Counted from the first letter of the stretch, positions 10,191 through 21,832 are shown. The stretch: DNA of 64,000 nucleotides from SAR324 cluster bacterium (GCA_028282885.1 JANQGX010000089.1:18301-82300), one strand, 5' to 3'. Numbers and translations: made by a program. The notes: generated from the letters alone by a model not told the origin.

Positions 10191-10555
10191 TTTTCGGCAC
10201 CCAGATCCGGACTTACTTTTCCTTGAATCCCTTTTTCATATTCTCTTCTTTTTTTCGCCAATCCGTATATTCATTTAAACCCACACTAACATCAGGACGG
10301 AGAACTGGTTTTAGGATGCTGGTATCGATCCCCTCAATCAGGAACATCGCCTTGGTTTCAGAACCCAGGGCAGGTTTCAGACTATTCATATATTCCTTGT
10401 CGGCAATATTTTTTTGTGGTGTTGACAAACCGGATGTTTTTAGTGAGGAGGATGGAGGATGTATGGCAACCGGCGAATTGATATTGATGATGTCACTTTA
10501 GTTGAAGGAGGATTTTTTTCACCTGCTGAGAGATATGAATAAGATTCTCAACAAA

Positions 10556-12577
10556 TCAGGAGATTTGGTTCGAATAGTTTGTAAAAACAGCGCTTAGCTC
10601 CTTTCGAACAAGATCGGGTTCGTTTTTTAATTGGCTGGCCAATCCGGCAAATATGTGATCCGCTCCACAAAGGTAGGCCCGAACTGCTTCCAGTCCCCAG
10701 GTAGTCAATCCTTCAATCCCCTCGGCCACTTCCTTGTCGATCAGCATTGACATGGTCCTGTCAAACACGGATTTCAGGCTGGTAAATCGATTCTCTTCCA
10801 GGGCATACCTTAAGACAGTCGCTCGAACAATCCTCTGCGGATTATGCGAAACCAGTCGGTTTTTGCGGGTTACCGGATAGAGGAGATTGAACAGATAAGT
10901 ATCAGGCAAACCCTTATAGATTGGCTGGACAATTACATCTCCTGCACAAGTGTTATCATTCGTGTCTTTCTTTCCCGGTAAGTCTCTTTCTTTTTCAGTT
11001 TGAAACCGGAATCGTATCAGCCTATGATCCAACTCTCCCGTTTCACCATTTATAAAACGGGTATGAAGCTCGAGGACGGAGTCTCCTATTACAACTAGCC
11101 GCCCGGAATGGCCCTTTTTTAAATATTTCGCGTTTTGTAAAATGGACTTTAAACGAGACCTGATATTATCCGGCTCATCAAAGGTCCAGAGCTTGAAATT
11201 ATTTCCCCTGAAAGAATTCCAGAAATGATCGGCGGTCCGGCCTTCGTTATTCAGGGAAGGATTTGTTGAAGCTGATTCCGGAAGAACCACTATTCCTGAT
11301 ATGGGGTCTTCCAAGCCAGCTTTTCCTTCCATTGTTGCCGGCTCGAACTTGATTTTCTTACTTGCATGATTTCTAACCTCTTCCGGAAAATCACGAGGCT
11401 GCAGATAGTCATTGTTACATAAGAGAACCGCTCTTTCGGTGAGATTCTGAAGTTCACGAACATTTCCGGGCCAGGGCCATTGTTTAAGGATATCCAGTGC
11501 TTCCGAACTGATTCCTTTGATTCGATCAGCGGCGCCGTTTCTGCTGATAAAATAACCCACAAGCGGCTCGATATCATCAGTTCTATCCCTTAGCGGGGGG
11601 ATTTTCAAAATGAAGGTATTAAGACGATAAAACAGGTCGCGACGGAACTGGCCAGTCTTCATTTTCTCTTCCAGATTCTGATGTGTTGCGCTTATGATAC
11701 GAACATCCAGGTTCACAGCGTCACTCAGTTTGTTACTACCAACCGGAAAAAACTGTTTCTCTTCCAGAACTCGAAGCAGTTTGGTTTGAAGTTCGGAAGG
11801 CATATCCCCAACTTCGTCCAGGAGAAGGGTTCCTCCATCGGCAAGTTTGAAATATCCCGCCCGATCCCCAACAGCGCCGGTAAATGATCCTTTTTTGTGT
11901 CCGAACAGTTCGCTTTCCAGCAATCCGTAAGGAATTGCACTACAGTTAATCGGAACAAAAACCTTGGAACCACGGGAACTCATTCGATGAATCTCTCTTG
12001 CCACAAGCTCCTTGCCGGTGCCGGTTTCTCCGGTTACCAAAACGGTTGTCATGCCGGGTGCCACTTTTTTGATAAGTCTTTTCACCTCATCGAACGACTC
12101 GGATTGCCCGATAAAATCCGGTTGAACAGAAGCATAGCGATTCCTGAGCATATCAGATAACCGATACTCAGCCGATAATGCCTTTCTTATCTCCGAAAGT
12201 TTCTGGCTTCTCAGCAGAGCGTTTTTAAGCTGGGTAAATTCCTGGACATCTTCCAGATCCTCTTTTATTAGAAAATCATCAAACTGGTGATCCCTGAGAG
12301 CAATGATAACTTTTTCGATGGTGGGATAAGCTGTCAGCATGATGGTTACTATGCTTGGATATTGTTGTTTCAACTTTTTCCCTGCTTGAAAACCATCAAT
12401 GAGCGGCATTTGCATATCGATGAAAGCAAGGTCAAACGAAGACAGAACCTCCTCTTCAAGACCTGTTGCTTCGCTGAAACTTCCTGCCTGTACAACCTGA
12501 TACCGGAACACATCTTCCAGTATCGAAGCCAAGTAAAGTCGAAAACTGGGTTCATCATCAATTATTAGAATTTTCAT
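10556..12577 (-). CDS. Sigma54-dependent response regulator (REC-AAA+) with atypical long C-terminal domain
   Basis: Walker [24 protein letters not shown], Walker B LLLDE, and [10 protein letters not shown]. Confidence 0.92.
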   Translation of the reverse strand: MKILIIDDEPSFRLYLASILEDVFRYQVVQAGSFSEATGLEEEVLSSFDLAFIDMQMPLIDGFQAGKKLKQQYPSIVTIMLTAYPTIEKVIIALRDHQFDDFLIKEDLEDVQEFTQLKNALLRSQKLSEIRKALSAEYRLSDMLRNRYASVQPDFIGQSESFDEVKRLIKKVAPGMTTVLVTGETGTGKELVAREIHRMSSRGSKVFVPINCSAIPYGLLESELFGHKKGSFTGAVGDRAGYFKLADGGTLLLDEVGDMPSELQTKLLRVLEEKQFFPVGSNKLSDAVNLDVRIISATHQNLEEKMKTGQFRRDLFYRLNTFILKIPPLRDRTDDIEPLVGYFISRNGAADRIKGISSEALDILKQWPWPGNVRELQNLTERAVLLCNNDYLQPRDFPEEVRNHASKKIKFEPATMEGKAGLEDPISGIVVLPESASTNPSLNNEGRTADHFWNSFRGNNFKLWTFDEPDNIRSRLKSILQNAKYLKKGHSGRLVVIGDSVLELHTRFINGETGELDHRLIRFRFQTEKERDLPGKKDTNDNTCAGDVIVQPIYKGLPDTYLFNLLYPVTRKNRLVSHNPQRIVRATVLRYALEENRFTSLKSVFDRTMSMLIDKEVAEGIEGLTTWGLEAVRAYLCGADHIFAGLASQLKNEPDLVRKELSAVFTNYSNQIS

Positions 12578-12985
12578 CGTCGCGAAAACAGGGATAGAGG
12601 TTTTGTCCCGGATGACAATCGTCTTTCAAAAGTCAGCGTTAAAAGACTTTGCAGCATTTATCATCAGTTTCAAATCATCAAAATACTAAATTGATTTAAG
12701 ATGATCGCAAACAGCGTATTGACGTTAGATATTTCTATTGTAGCAAAAGTTATTTCTTTTGTGTCACATTATTTTCTATTGTTTTCCCGACGTATCTTTC
12801 CCCGGTTGATTATCAAAACTAATTTTATCAATAATTTCATAATGTTAAACTTGCATACATCTACAAAAATCAATGGCATGCAACGTGAAACAGATTGGAT
12901 AAATCGAAATTAATCCAATCAAGATGATCGGCTTGACAGAATGATTGCAGAAATAGGGTTGATCACCTTCATTCGGGAGAAAATC

Positions 12986-14110
12986 ATGAAACTCAAATCG
13001 AACCGCATTATTCTTTCGGTTATAATCATTATCGGCATAACAGCAATCGGCATGGGAGTGTGGCAAAACATGAGCAGTGATCAGCAGATGTTCAAAGTGG
13101 GCGCCATTATTTCACTCTCAAGTCCATCCGGACCTTCCTTCATCGGAGAAGAGGTTCGGGATGGAATGCTGCTGGCAGTTGATGAGATAAACGCATGGGG
13201 CGGAATAAACAATATGAATGTTAAACTCATCCTCAAGGATTCGAAATCAAATCCACAACAGGGAGCATCAGCTTTTGAAGAAGTTGAAAAGGCCCACCGC
13301 CCGCATGTCTATATATCAACCCTGAGCTCGGTTTCACTGGCCATTGCCCCCCTGGCTGAAAAATACCAGGCACCTTTGTTCAGTCTTGTGGCAACGGCGC
13401 AGGAGTTAACGAAGAAAAAAAATTGGGTGTTCCGCTACTGGCCGACTGCGCAGGATGAATCCTTTTCCCTGGCAACGATGGCCAGTAAAATGGGGATTCA
13501 GCATATGGGTATTCTGCATCTCGATGATGAATACGGTAGAAGTATTCTAAAGCATGTTGAGTTAGAATTTCAAAAAGAGGATCGAAAGGTGGATTGCTTC
13601 CCTTTTAAGATGAGCGAAACCGATTTTACCCTCCACTTGAAGAATAAGGATTATCTTGACGGGATTTTGATTATCGGATTTCCAAACCATGTTACAAAAG
13701 CCCTGCAACAGATCAGAGAAAACGAATTTTCGGGGAAATTGCTGAATAATAATACTGTTTCCCTTCCTGCCATCAGAGAGCTGCCGGAATCGGAAGGTGT
13801 CTATGTCACCACCCCTATTATTTATAATCCAAACTTTCGATTTGCCAATGAGGTCAGCCGAAAATATGAAAATCGATTCAAGAAGCCGTTTAATCATTTT
13901 GCTGCCACCGGATATGACGCCATGAAGTTACTGGCAGGATTGTTGGATGATAACGCTATCAGCCGACAAGGAATCAGGGACCTGTTGCGGGAGGGATTCA
14001 ATTATCCCGGTGTATTCGGAGAACTGCATTCGAAGCCGGGACAATATGACATTTCATTTCCCATTCACCCGGGAAAAATCAAGAATGGGAAAGTGGTCTA
14101 CCTGAGATAA
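12986..14110 (+). CDS. LivJ/Peripla_BP_6-type solute-binding protein (no adjacent transporter)
   Basis: N-terminal TM anchor, KVGAIISLS, LAVDEINAWGGI and GYDA. GGGAGA RBS before 12986. Confidence 0.88.
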   Translation: MKLKSNRIILSVIIIIGITAIGMGVWQNMSSDQQMFKVGAIISLSSPSGPSFIGEEVRDGMLLAVDEINAWGGINNMNVKLILKDSKSNPQQGASAFEEVEKAHRPHVYISTLSSVSLAIAPLAEKYQAPLFSLVATAQELTKKKNWVFRYWPTAQDESFSLATMASKMGIQHMGILHLDDEYGRSILKHVELEFQKEDRKVDCFPFKMSETDFTLHLKNKDYLDGILIIGFPNHVTKALQQIRENEFSGKLLNNNTVSLPAIRELPESEGVYVTTPIIYNPNFRFANEVSRKYENRFKKPFNHFAATGYDAMKLLAGLLDDNAISRQGIRDLLREGFNYPGVFGELHSKPGQYDISFPIHPGKIKNGKVVYLR

Positions 14111-14208
14111 AAGGGCCTCCCCGGACCAGCAATAAGGCCATCGAAAGATTCCGATTCCAAAAGATCGAATTTTAACAGCTTATATGACCTTTTATCGAGA
14201 CTCGATAC

Positions 14209-17200
14209 ATGAAACTAACTATCGGAAAAAGACTCGCAATAGGTTTCACCTCCGCGTTGATCATGCTGCTGGTTGTTACAACCTATGCACTCATGGTCAG
14301 TCAAAGATCACTGGAACAGGCAGTCAGTAAAAACTCCGAACATTTGTCGGAGGCGCTGTTGTTAGACATAAAAAAAGCGGTTTTTTACACGGTCGAGGCA
14401 ATGAAGCTTGAAGTCAGGCAGGAGTATATCCAATCCGCCTTATCCGGGAAGTCTGTCGGCCTCATAAAGAAACCTGTTAAATCTGAACCGGGTGGATCAG
14501 CAAGTCTGAAGACCCGGCCTCAATCGACAATCATCACCCCATCCCGAAACAATTCAGCCGCAAATAATCAATTATTATCACAACAACTGGAGGAGCGATT
14601 TTTTAAATATTATGAAAAAACGCTGGGATACAGATTGATTCGCTATTTAAGGTTTCTGGACCGACAAGGAGCAGAAATATTGACTGTAGGCAATACCGGG
14701 GATTTCAGAAAAGTCAGTAACACCCATCGGCGGATCGCCGAAACCGAAGGATTTCACATTGGCGAGGTGAGATATAATCAGGAGAGGGGAACCGGTATCT
14801 TGCCCCTCATCATCACCGTTCGGAACAACAAGGATACGCTATTGGGGTATTTACACCTGGGAATGTTTGCCTCCCATTTTTTTCATATTGCCCAGTTGGA
14901 TATCCCCAAATACAAGAGCACCCGAATTCATCTTCTATCCAAATCAGGAAAGAAACTTCATTCCACCCAGGCATTCAAATTTATGGAGGATCTCTCCAAA
15001 ACCGAGATTTTCCTGAACATCAAATCAAACCAGGGCTCCTTTAAGTCGCTGAAAGGAAATCGAATCAAGTTATTCTCCTATATAAGAACACAGGGTAACA
15101 CCCCTGAGAATCAATTGGACTGGATACTCCTGATTGAAAATGACGAAGGTGAGGTCCTGGCTCCCATTTCTGACTTAAGAAATCAAATCTTGCTTGCCCT
15201 TGTCATTGTCATCCTGTTTTTCGGTTTTATGAGTTTTTTCATCTCCCGATCCATTGTCCGACCCATTTTAAAACTTAATAGGGGGGTGAGCATTATTGGG
15301 AGAGGGAATCTGGATTATTCCCTGGAAACAACGTCTCGGGATGAAATTGGTGATCTGAGCCTTGCTTTTAACAAAATGGCAATAAACCTGAAGCAGGTGG
15401 ACCAAAAGCTGAGACAGAAGCAAAGAACGCTCGAGGATGAAAACCAGATCAAAACCCTGCAAACCGAACTTAATAACAAGATGCAAGGCGAACTAAACCC
15501 GATTCACCTGGCAGAGATAATTATCAATTACCTGGCTGAATTTCTGGATGCGCAAACCGGTGCTGTTTACCTGCTTAATGATCAGAACGAACTAAAACTG
15601 ACCGCTGGCTATGCCTACTGGAAATTAAGCCAAAATGACCACTGCCTGAAAATGGGGGAAGGGATCATCGGTCAAGCGGCGGTGGAAGGAAAAACGCTTT
15701 CAATAGTGGATATCGAGGAAGAGTTCCTGGTCGTTGATGCCGGAATCGTCAAAATTGTGCCCCGTAACTTCCTTGCCTGTCCCATCTTGTTTCAGGGCAA
15801 AGTATCAGGGGTTGTATTTCTGGGCGCCGTAAAATCCTTTTCGCCTTTTAAGAAGCGAATCCTGAAAACAGTTTTGGAAAACATCGGTGTTACCATCAAC
15901 TCATCACTAGCCAGAATCCGTCTGCAGGAACTACTGGAAGAGACCCAGGCTCAGTCGGAAGAGCTCCAGGAACAACAGGAAGCGCTGCGAATCGTCAATG
16001 AAGAGCTGGAAGGGCAAACCCAGGCACTGCGTCAATCGGAGTCTGAGCTTCAATCTCAGCAGGAAGAGTTACGGCAATCCAACGAGGAACTGCAGATACA
16101 GCAAGAAGAATTGAGACAGGCGAATGAAGAGCTGGAAGAGAAATCCGAAGCTCTGAAGAGCCAAAAACATGAGGTCGTGTCAAAAAACCAGGAACTGGAA
16201 AAGGTGGGAAAAAAATTGAAACAGCAATCTTTGGAGCTGGAGACAAGCAACAGATACAAGTCGGAATTTCTGGCGAACATGTCTCATGAGCTCCGAACAC
16301 CATTGAATGGGCTGCTTATCTTCGCCCAACTCCTGTATGAAAACAACCAGGGCAATCTCACGGACAAACAGGTGAAATTCGCCAAAGACATCCACTCTTG
16401 TGGCATAGAGCTGCTTCATTTGATTAATGACATCCTTGATCTCTCGAAAATAGAAGCCGGGAAGATGGAACTGAAGCTCAATCTGGTCCATTTTGCAGAC
16501 CTTGTCGAATACCTTAATCACACCCTCAAACCTCTTGCAGATAAAAAGCAACTCGGTTTTGAAGTCAAGTTGGTAGAGGATTTTCCGAAAGCCCTCACAA
16601 CCGATCACCAGAGACTGATACAGATTCTGAAAAACCTGGTTTCCAATGGAATCAAATTCACGGATCAGGGCAAGGTAAAGGTGAACTTTTTCCTTCCCGA
16701 GAGTTTGCCGGAACCCCTAAACCTGAAACAGGGTAAATTCGTCGCCATTTCAGTTTCGGATACGGGGATCGGTATTTCCGAGGACGACCAGATGATGGTA
16801 TTCGAGGCATTTCAACAGGTTGATGGTAAAACGGATCGCCAGTTCGGCGGGACAGGATTGGGCCTGTCCATATCCAGGGAACTGGCCAATATCCTTGGTG
16901 GAGAAATCTTCCTGCAAAGCAGCCCGGACCAGGGCAGTACCTTCACTCTATTCCTCCCCCTGGAATCAAAACAGGAATCCCCGAAGGAAATCGTTCCGGT
17001 TGAAGTCATCGGGGAAAACCCACAACCGAGCGTAATACCTGAACAGCCGGTCGTGAAACAGGACCCTGCGGTATCGTTAAGTGAGAGTGAAAATCACCCG
17101 GGTCAGGCTGATGAAGAATCTCCCGGGTGGGATGACCGTAACTCATTGGATTCATCCGATAAAACGATCCTGATTATAGATGATGATCGACGATTTGCCG

Positions 17201-18333
17201 AACTACTTCTGGACCTGACAAGAAAAAGTGGTTTTAAAGGGCTCGTTACCAATAACGGAATCCGTGGTTATGGTTTGGCAGAAGAGTACGAACCCGACGC
17301 CATCATTCTCGATATAAATCTGCCCGGAATGACGGGCTGGGAAGTTATGCAACGTCTCAAAAGCAATCCAAAAACCCAGGCCATTCCCGTTCATTTCCTT
17401 TCGGTCCTGGACAAGAAAAAAGTCAGTCTGAAGATGGGTGCCATGGGATTTTTAAGCAAACCGGTCAGCGTCGATGAACTCAATCAGGTCTTTGCCAAAA
17501 TCAGCCATCTGATCAACAAAACGGTTAACCATATTCTGATTGTTGAAGTCCACAGAGACAAAAGAGAAAGTCTTAACGCAGTGTTCAAGAACAAAAGGGA
17601 CATTACTCTGCACTATGCTGCCGATGCATCGGAAGCTTCAAAGATCCTGAACAGCAGCAGCATTGATCTGATGATTCTTGATCTCAGTCTGCCAAGCCTG
17701 TCCGGAATGGATATACTGCAAAAACTGGAACCGGAAGTAACGGGTTCAATGCCCCCCATCGTTGTGTATACAGGCAACCACATTACCCAGAAAGAGGAAG
17801 TGGAACTAAGAAAGCATGTCGAAAGCATTATCATAAAAGGTGAAAATTCACCTGACAGGCTTCTGGACGAAGTAGAGCTGTTTCTTCACCGGGTAAAAAA
17901 GGATCTCGCTCCCGAAAAGAAGAACATGTTGGATCTGTTAAACAATCACGATGAAGTGCTAAACGGGAAAACAGTCTTGCTGGTGGATGACGACATGAGA
18001 AATGTGTATGCACTGATGAATATTCTGGAAGAATATGGGCTAACCGTCAAAGTTTCCACCAATGGCAAGGAAGCTTTGGAAACATTGAATGCGGAAAACG
18101 ATATTAACCTGGTGTTGATGGATATGATGATGCCGGAAATGGATGGTTATGAATGTATCCAAATCATAAGAAAGCAGAATCGCTGGGAAAAGCTTCCCGT
18201 CATTGCTCTGACTGCCAAGGCAATGAAAGGGGATCGTGAAAAATGCATTGATGCCGGTGCCAATGACTATCTTTCCAAACCGATAGATACCAATAAACTG
18301 TTTTCGCTACTGAGGGTATGGCTCTATGAATAA
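14209..18333 (+). CDS. Membrane hybrid histidine kinase (Cache-like - HAMP - GAF - coiled coil - HisKA - HATPase - 3x REC)
   Basis: Two TMs, HAMP DEIGDL, MSHELRTPLN, GGTGLGLSI and three receiver domains. Confidence 0.93.
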   Translation: MKLTIGKRLAIGFTSALIMLLVVTTYALMVSQRSLEQAVSKNSEHLSEALLLDIKKAVFYTVEAMKLEVRQEYIQSALSGKSVGLIKKPVKSEPGGSASLKTRPQSTIITPSRNNSAANNQLLSQQLEERFFKYYEKTLGYRLIRYLRFLDRQGAEILTVGNTGDFRKVSNTHRRIAETEGFHIGEVRYNQERGTGILPLIITVRNNKDTLLGYLHLGMFASHFFHIAQLDIPKYKSTRIHLLSKSGKKLHSTQAFKFMEDLSKTEIFLNIKSNQGSFKSLKGNRIKLFSYIRTQGNTPENQLDWILLIENDEGEVLAPISDLRNQILLALVIVILFFGFMSFFISRSIVRPILKLNRGVSIIGRGNLDYSLETTSRDEIGDLSLAFNKMAINLKQVDQKLRQKQRTLEDENQIKTLQTELNNKMQGELNPIHLAEIIINYLAEFLDAQTGAVYLLNDQNELKLTAGYAYWKLSQNDHCLKMGEGIIGQAAVEGKTLSIVDIEEEFLVVDAGIVKIVPRNFLACPILFQGKVSGVVFLGAVKSFSPFKKRILKTVLENIGVTINSSLARIRLQELLEETQAQSEELQEQQEALRIVNEELEGQTQALRQSESELQSQQEELRQSNEELQIQQEELRQANEELEEKSEALKSQKHEVVSKNQELEKVGKKLKQQSLELETSNRYKSEFLANMSHELRTPLNGLLIFAQLLYENNQGNLTDKQVKFAKDIHSCGIELLHLINDILDLSKIEAGKMELKLNLVHFADLVEYLNHTLKPLADKKQLGFEVKLVEDFPKALTTDHQRLIQILKNLVSNGIKFTDQGKVKVNFFLPESLPEPLNLKQGKFVAISVSDTGIGISEDDQMMVFEAFQQVDGKTDRQFGGTGLGLSISRELANILGGEIFLQSSPDQGSTFTLFLPLESKQESPKEIVPVEVIGENPQPSVIPEQPVVKQDPAVSLSESENHPGQADEESPGWDDRNSLDSSDKTILIIDDDRRFAELLLDLTRKSGFKGLVTNNGIRGYGLAEEYEPDAIILDINLPGMTGWEVMQRLKSNPKTQAIPVHFLSVLDKKKVSLKMGAMGFLSKPVSVDELNQVFAKISHLINKTVNHILIVEVHRDKRESLNAVFKNKRDITLHYAADASEASKILNSSSIDLMILDLSLPSLSGMDILQKLEPEVTGSMPPIVVYTGNHITQKEEVELRKHVESIIIKGENSPDRLLDEVELFLHRVKKDLAPEKKNMLDLLNNHDEVLNGKTVLLVDDDMRNVYALMNILEEYGLTVKVSTNGKEALETLNAENDINLVLMDMMMPEMDGYECIQIIRKQNRWEKLPVIALTAKAMKGDREKCIDAGANDYLSKPIDTNKLFSLLRVWLYE

Positions 18334-19171
18334 GGTTGAAAACGGAAATCACCTTACTGTCGATGAAATTGAGATCAAGCTGCTGCTGGATGCCATCTTC
18401 CTGAAGTATGGATATGACTTCAGAAACTACTCCAGGGCCTCGATCAAAAGACGAATTACCCAACACAAGACAATAGCGGGCTATCAAAAGTTGTCTGATC
18501 TTCAGCATCAAATCCTGGTTGAAGAGCCGGCTTTCAGGAAACTGCTTCATGATCTCTCCGTTAATGTTACTGAAATGTTTAGAGATCCCTTGTTTTATAA
18601 AAAATTCAGGACGGATATCGTTCCCATTTTGCAAACCTATCCGTTTGTCCGCTTATGGGTCGCGGGCTGCTCAACGGGTGAGGAAGTATACTCACTGGCT
18701 ATCATCCTTTATGAAGAAGGGCTGCGGGAACGGTGTCAAATCTATGCCACGGATCTGAATGAATCGGTTTTGAAAAGGGCAAAAACCGGAATTTTTCCCA
18801 TCAGCAAAATCAAAGAGTACACAACCAATTACATTCAGGCGGGAGGTTCAGAACAGTTTTCCGATTACTACACTGCCCGGTACGATTCCGCCATCATGAA
18901 AAAGTTTTTAAAGGACAAAATTGTTTTCTCTTCTCATAACCTGGCGATAGACGGTGTGTTTAATGAAATGCAGGTCGTCACTTGCAGAAACGTCATGATC
19001 TACTTCAACAGGAAATTGCAGAATCGGGTGGTCACGCTTTTCAGAGATAGTCTGTGTACTGGCGGATTCCTGTGTCTGGGCAAGAAAGAAACTATGAAAT
19101 TTCTGTCCTGCGAAAAGGACTTCATCGAAATTGCCGATCAGGAACGAATCTACCGGAAACATAAATCATGA
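18326..19171 (+). CDS. cheR: CheR-type protein-glutamate methyltransferase
   Basis: VTEMFRD, WVAGCSTGEEVYS and CRNVMIYF. Overlaps the upstream stop. Confidence 0.93.
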   Translation: MNKVENGNHLTVDEIEIKLLLDAIFLKYGYDFRNYSRASIKRRITQHKTIAGYQKLSDLQHQILVEEPAFRKLLHDLSVNVTEMFRDPLFYKKFRTDIVPILQTYPFVRLWVAGCSTGEEVYSLAIILYEEGLRERCQIYATDLNESVLKRAKTGIFPISKIKEYTTNYIQAGGSEQFSDYYTARYDSAIMKKFLKDKIVFSSHNLAIDGVFNEMQVVTCRNVMIYFNRKLQNRVVTLFRDSLCTGGFLCLGKKETMKFLSCEKDFIEIADQERIYRKHKS

Positions 19172-19737
19172 ACCGCCAACCAAAAGCGATTGTTCTGGGA
19201 GTCTCCACGGGCGGGTGGCAGGCGTTGAACCGGACCATTCCGGAACTGCCTGAGCATTTCCCGGTACCATTAATCACGGTTCAGCACATGGCTTCTTCAT
19301 CCGATAATATATTGGTTAAAACCCTGGATCAGGCATCGCACCTGACCGTCAAGGAAGCTGACGAGAAAGAGACGCTCAATAAAGGAACCGTCTATATAGC
19401 GCCTGCCAATTATCATTTAATGGTGGAAAAAAACATGACATTGAGCCTTTCGACCGGACAACCAGTGAATTTCTCCCGGCCTTCAATAGATGTACTGTTC
19501 GAAACGGCAGCAGACGCTTTTGGAGCAAGCCTTATCGGCGTTCTGTTAACTGGGGCAAGCAAAGATGGCAGCCTTGGTATGCTCAGAATCAAAAACAGAG
19601 GAGGTTTGACGATTGTACAAGATCCGAAAACAGCCGCCGCACCTCTCATGCCCCAATCTGCAATTGATTTGATTGAGGCCGACTACGTCACTGGACTGGA
19701 TGAATTAGCAAATCTGCTAGTGGAGTTAACATGTTAG
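19168..19737 (+). CDS. cheB: Stand-alone CheB methylesterase (no REC)
   Basis: Catalytic triad GVSTGG / VQHM / GASKDG, plus RPSIDVLF. Confidence 0.92.
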   Translation: MNRQPKAIVLGVSTGGWQALNRTIPELPEHFPVPLITVQHMASSSDNILVKTLDQASHLTVKEADEKETLNKGTVYIAPANYHLMVEKNMTLSLSTGQPVNFSRPSIDVLFETAADAFGASLIGVLLTGASKDGSLGMLRIKNRGGLTIVQDPKTAAAPLMPQSAIDLIEADYVTGLDELANLLVELTC

Positions 19738-21773
19738 ACGAAATGCAGCCCAAAATACTCCTGGTCGATGACAAACAGGAAAACTTAGACGCCTTGACCA
19801 ACCTTCTGGCCGAATTCAAGGCAGATCTTTATACAGCCTCAAGCGGAAACAAGGCATTGGAACTGACCTTGAAACATAATTTCGCACTGATTCTGCTCGA
19901 TGTGCAGATGCCCAAAATGGACGGATTTGAAACGGCGAACACTATGCGTTCCCGGATAGATTCACCGATCGTCCTCGTAACGGCCTTTAGCAGCGATAAT
20001 GAAAATATTCGAAAAGGATACGAAAGTGGCGCCATTGATTATTTGGTTAAACCCATCGATCCGGTCATTCTCCGGGGTAAGGTAAAGATATTTCTGGATC
20101 TTTATAAACAGAAAATGCTCCTGGAAGCTTCCAATCAAAGACTCCATCAGGAGGTTCAGCGAAGGAAAGAGATTGAAGAGGAACTAAGACATGCTTATGA
20201 GATCGTAGAGTCAACAGTCAAAGAACGAACAGCAGAGCTTAGAAAAGCCTTTGAGGAACTGGCACAGAATGAGAACCGAATGCGACTGGTGATAGACAAT
20301 ATACCGGCCATGCTGGCGTTAATTAACCGCGACCGGACTTATGAATACGCGAACCAACAGTATATCCGTCTCGCACAGTTTGACGGAGATCCCCGATGTA
20401 AACATCTCCAAGAGGTTCTGGGAGAGGATGTCTATAGCAGTTTGAAACCTTACGTCGACAAGGTGCTTCAAGGCGAAACCGTTTCCTTCGAGACCGAATT
20501 GCAGGATGGAGAGCAAAACCTCTTCGTCAAGTCGGATTATATCCCCCACAAAGTGGAAGAGCGTGTCCTGGGCTATTTCGCACTGATTCAGGACATCACC
20601 AAACAGAAGGAAGAGGAGGAAAACAGGCTTTTGATTAACGCACAAATCCAACAAATCAAGAAACTAAAAGCACTTTCAACACTTTCCGGCGGTGTTGCTC
20701 ATGAATTCAACAACCTGCTGGTTCCCATTATCGGATTCAGCAAAATGGTTCGCAAATCTGTATCAGATGCAAGCATCGAAGCCAATTACCTGGACCGAGT
20801 TGTCAACACAGCCTACAGAGCGAGAGATATTGTATCACAAGTCAGGATTTTCAGTCAGAAGTGGGAAATACGAAAAGAGAAAATACAACCGGAGTCACTG
20901 ATCAAAAATCTGTTAGCTGAAATCGAGAAAGCAAAGAACAGCAACATTGAGACCTCCCTCTCTGTCACCAGACCGGTACCGCCTATTACAGGAAATCGGC
21001 TGCAGCTCAAGCATATCATTTCAAACCTGTATGCCAACGCCAACGAAGCGATGTCGAACGGCGGCAAACTTAATATCAGGCTTTTCAAATCCAAAATTGG
21101 ACCGAAGTCGCACACCAACCATATTGTTTCACAGCACTCCAGCCTTTGTTTCGAATTTCAGGACAACGGCCCGGGTATGGATGATGAAACAGTTGAGCAG
21201 GCTTTTGTTCCCTTCTTTTCCACCAAAGAGCCCGGAAAACATACAGGCCTGGGACTCTCCGTCGTGATGGGGATTATCGAACAAATGGGTGGGAGTATCG
21301 AAATGGAGAGTTCGCCGGGAGAAGGCTCCACCATTAGAATGTTCTTTCCTATAGCGGATTCAGCTGAAAATGAGATCGGACCTGAAGAGAAAACGACAAA
21401 ACAGAAAAATCATGTCCTTTTAATAGACAACAATGAGGCCACCCTGGAACTCCATCGTTTGAGCCTGGAAGAGGCAGGTTACCAGGTGGATATTGCTAGA
21501 GATGGTGAAAGCTTTCTTGAACTGTTTGAAAAACAGCCATCCTATTATGATGTTGTTGTTGTCGAGCAACTGCTTTCAGCCAGATCCGGTTCGGAATTGA
21601 TAAGGAAAGTCAAGAATATACGTCCGGATATACCATCGATTCTCTGCACAGGTTTCGTCAGTAACGAAAACGAAGAGGAGTTGGCGGGATTGGGCATCAA
21701 CCGCATTATTATCAAACCGTTCGAATGCGAAGAGTTGGGAAGGGAGATTAAAGATGTCCTGGTTGAAGCATAA
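19731..21773 (+). CDS. Hybrid kinase REC-PAS-HisKA-HATPase-(pseudo)REC
   Basis: LLDVQMP, VAHEFNN, FSTK and TGLGLS. The C-terminal receiver has E (VVVVEQ) at the phospho-Asp position. Confidence 0.9.
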   Translation: MLDEMQPKILLVDDKQENLDALTNLLAEFKADLYTASSGNKALELTLKHNFALILLDVQMPKMDGFETANTMRSRIDSPIVLVTAFSSDNENIRKGYESGAIDYLVKPIDPVILRGKVKIFLDLYKQKMLLEASNQRLHQEVQRRKEIEEELRHAYEIVESTVKERTAELRKAFEELAQNENRMRLVIDNIPAMLALINRDRTYEYANQQYIRLAQFDGDPRCKHLQEVLGEDVYSSLKPYVDKVLQGETVSFETELQDGEQNLFVKSDYIPHKVEERVLGYFALIQDITKQKEEEENRLLINAQIQQIKKLKALSTLSGGVAHEFNNLLVPIIGFSKMVRKSVSDASIEANYLDRVVNTAYRARDIVSQVRIFSQKWEIRKEKIQPESLIKNLLAEIEKAKNSNIETSLSVTRPVPPITGNRLQLKHIISNLYANANEAMSNGGKLNIRLFKSKIGPKSHTNHIVSQHSSLCFEFQDNGPGMDDETVEQAFVPFFSTKEPGKHTGLGLSVVMGIIEQMGGSIEMESSPGEGSTIRMFFPIADSAENEIGPEEKTTKQKNHVLLIDNNEATLELHRLSLEEAGYQVDIARDGESFLELFEKQPSYYDVVVVEQLLSARSGSELIRKVKNIRPDIPSILCTGFVSNENEEELAGLGINRIIIKPFECEELGREIKDVLVEA

Positions 21774-21832
21774 TTTGTTAACTTACTTACTCTGGTCCGA
21801 CAGGGCAGAAATACATTAACCAAGTAGGCGCC

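Noticed and set aside
10213-10497. Small minus-strand ORF after the sigma54 regulator (and 10181..10501 on plus)
   Set aside because: The frame is open from 10497 but lacks a convincing start or RBS and has no known motif. It could be real but is unsupported.
12874-12889. Sigma54 promoter TGGCATGCAACGTGAA upstream of the SBP
   Set aside because: The -12 element is GA rather than GC; weak match.
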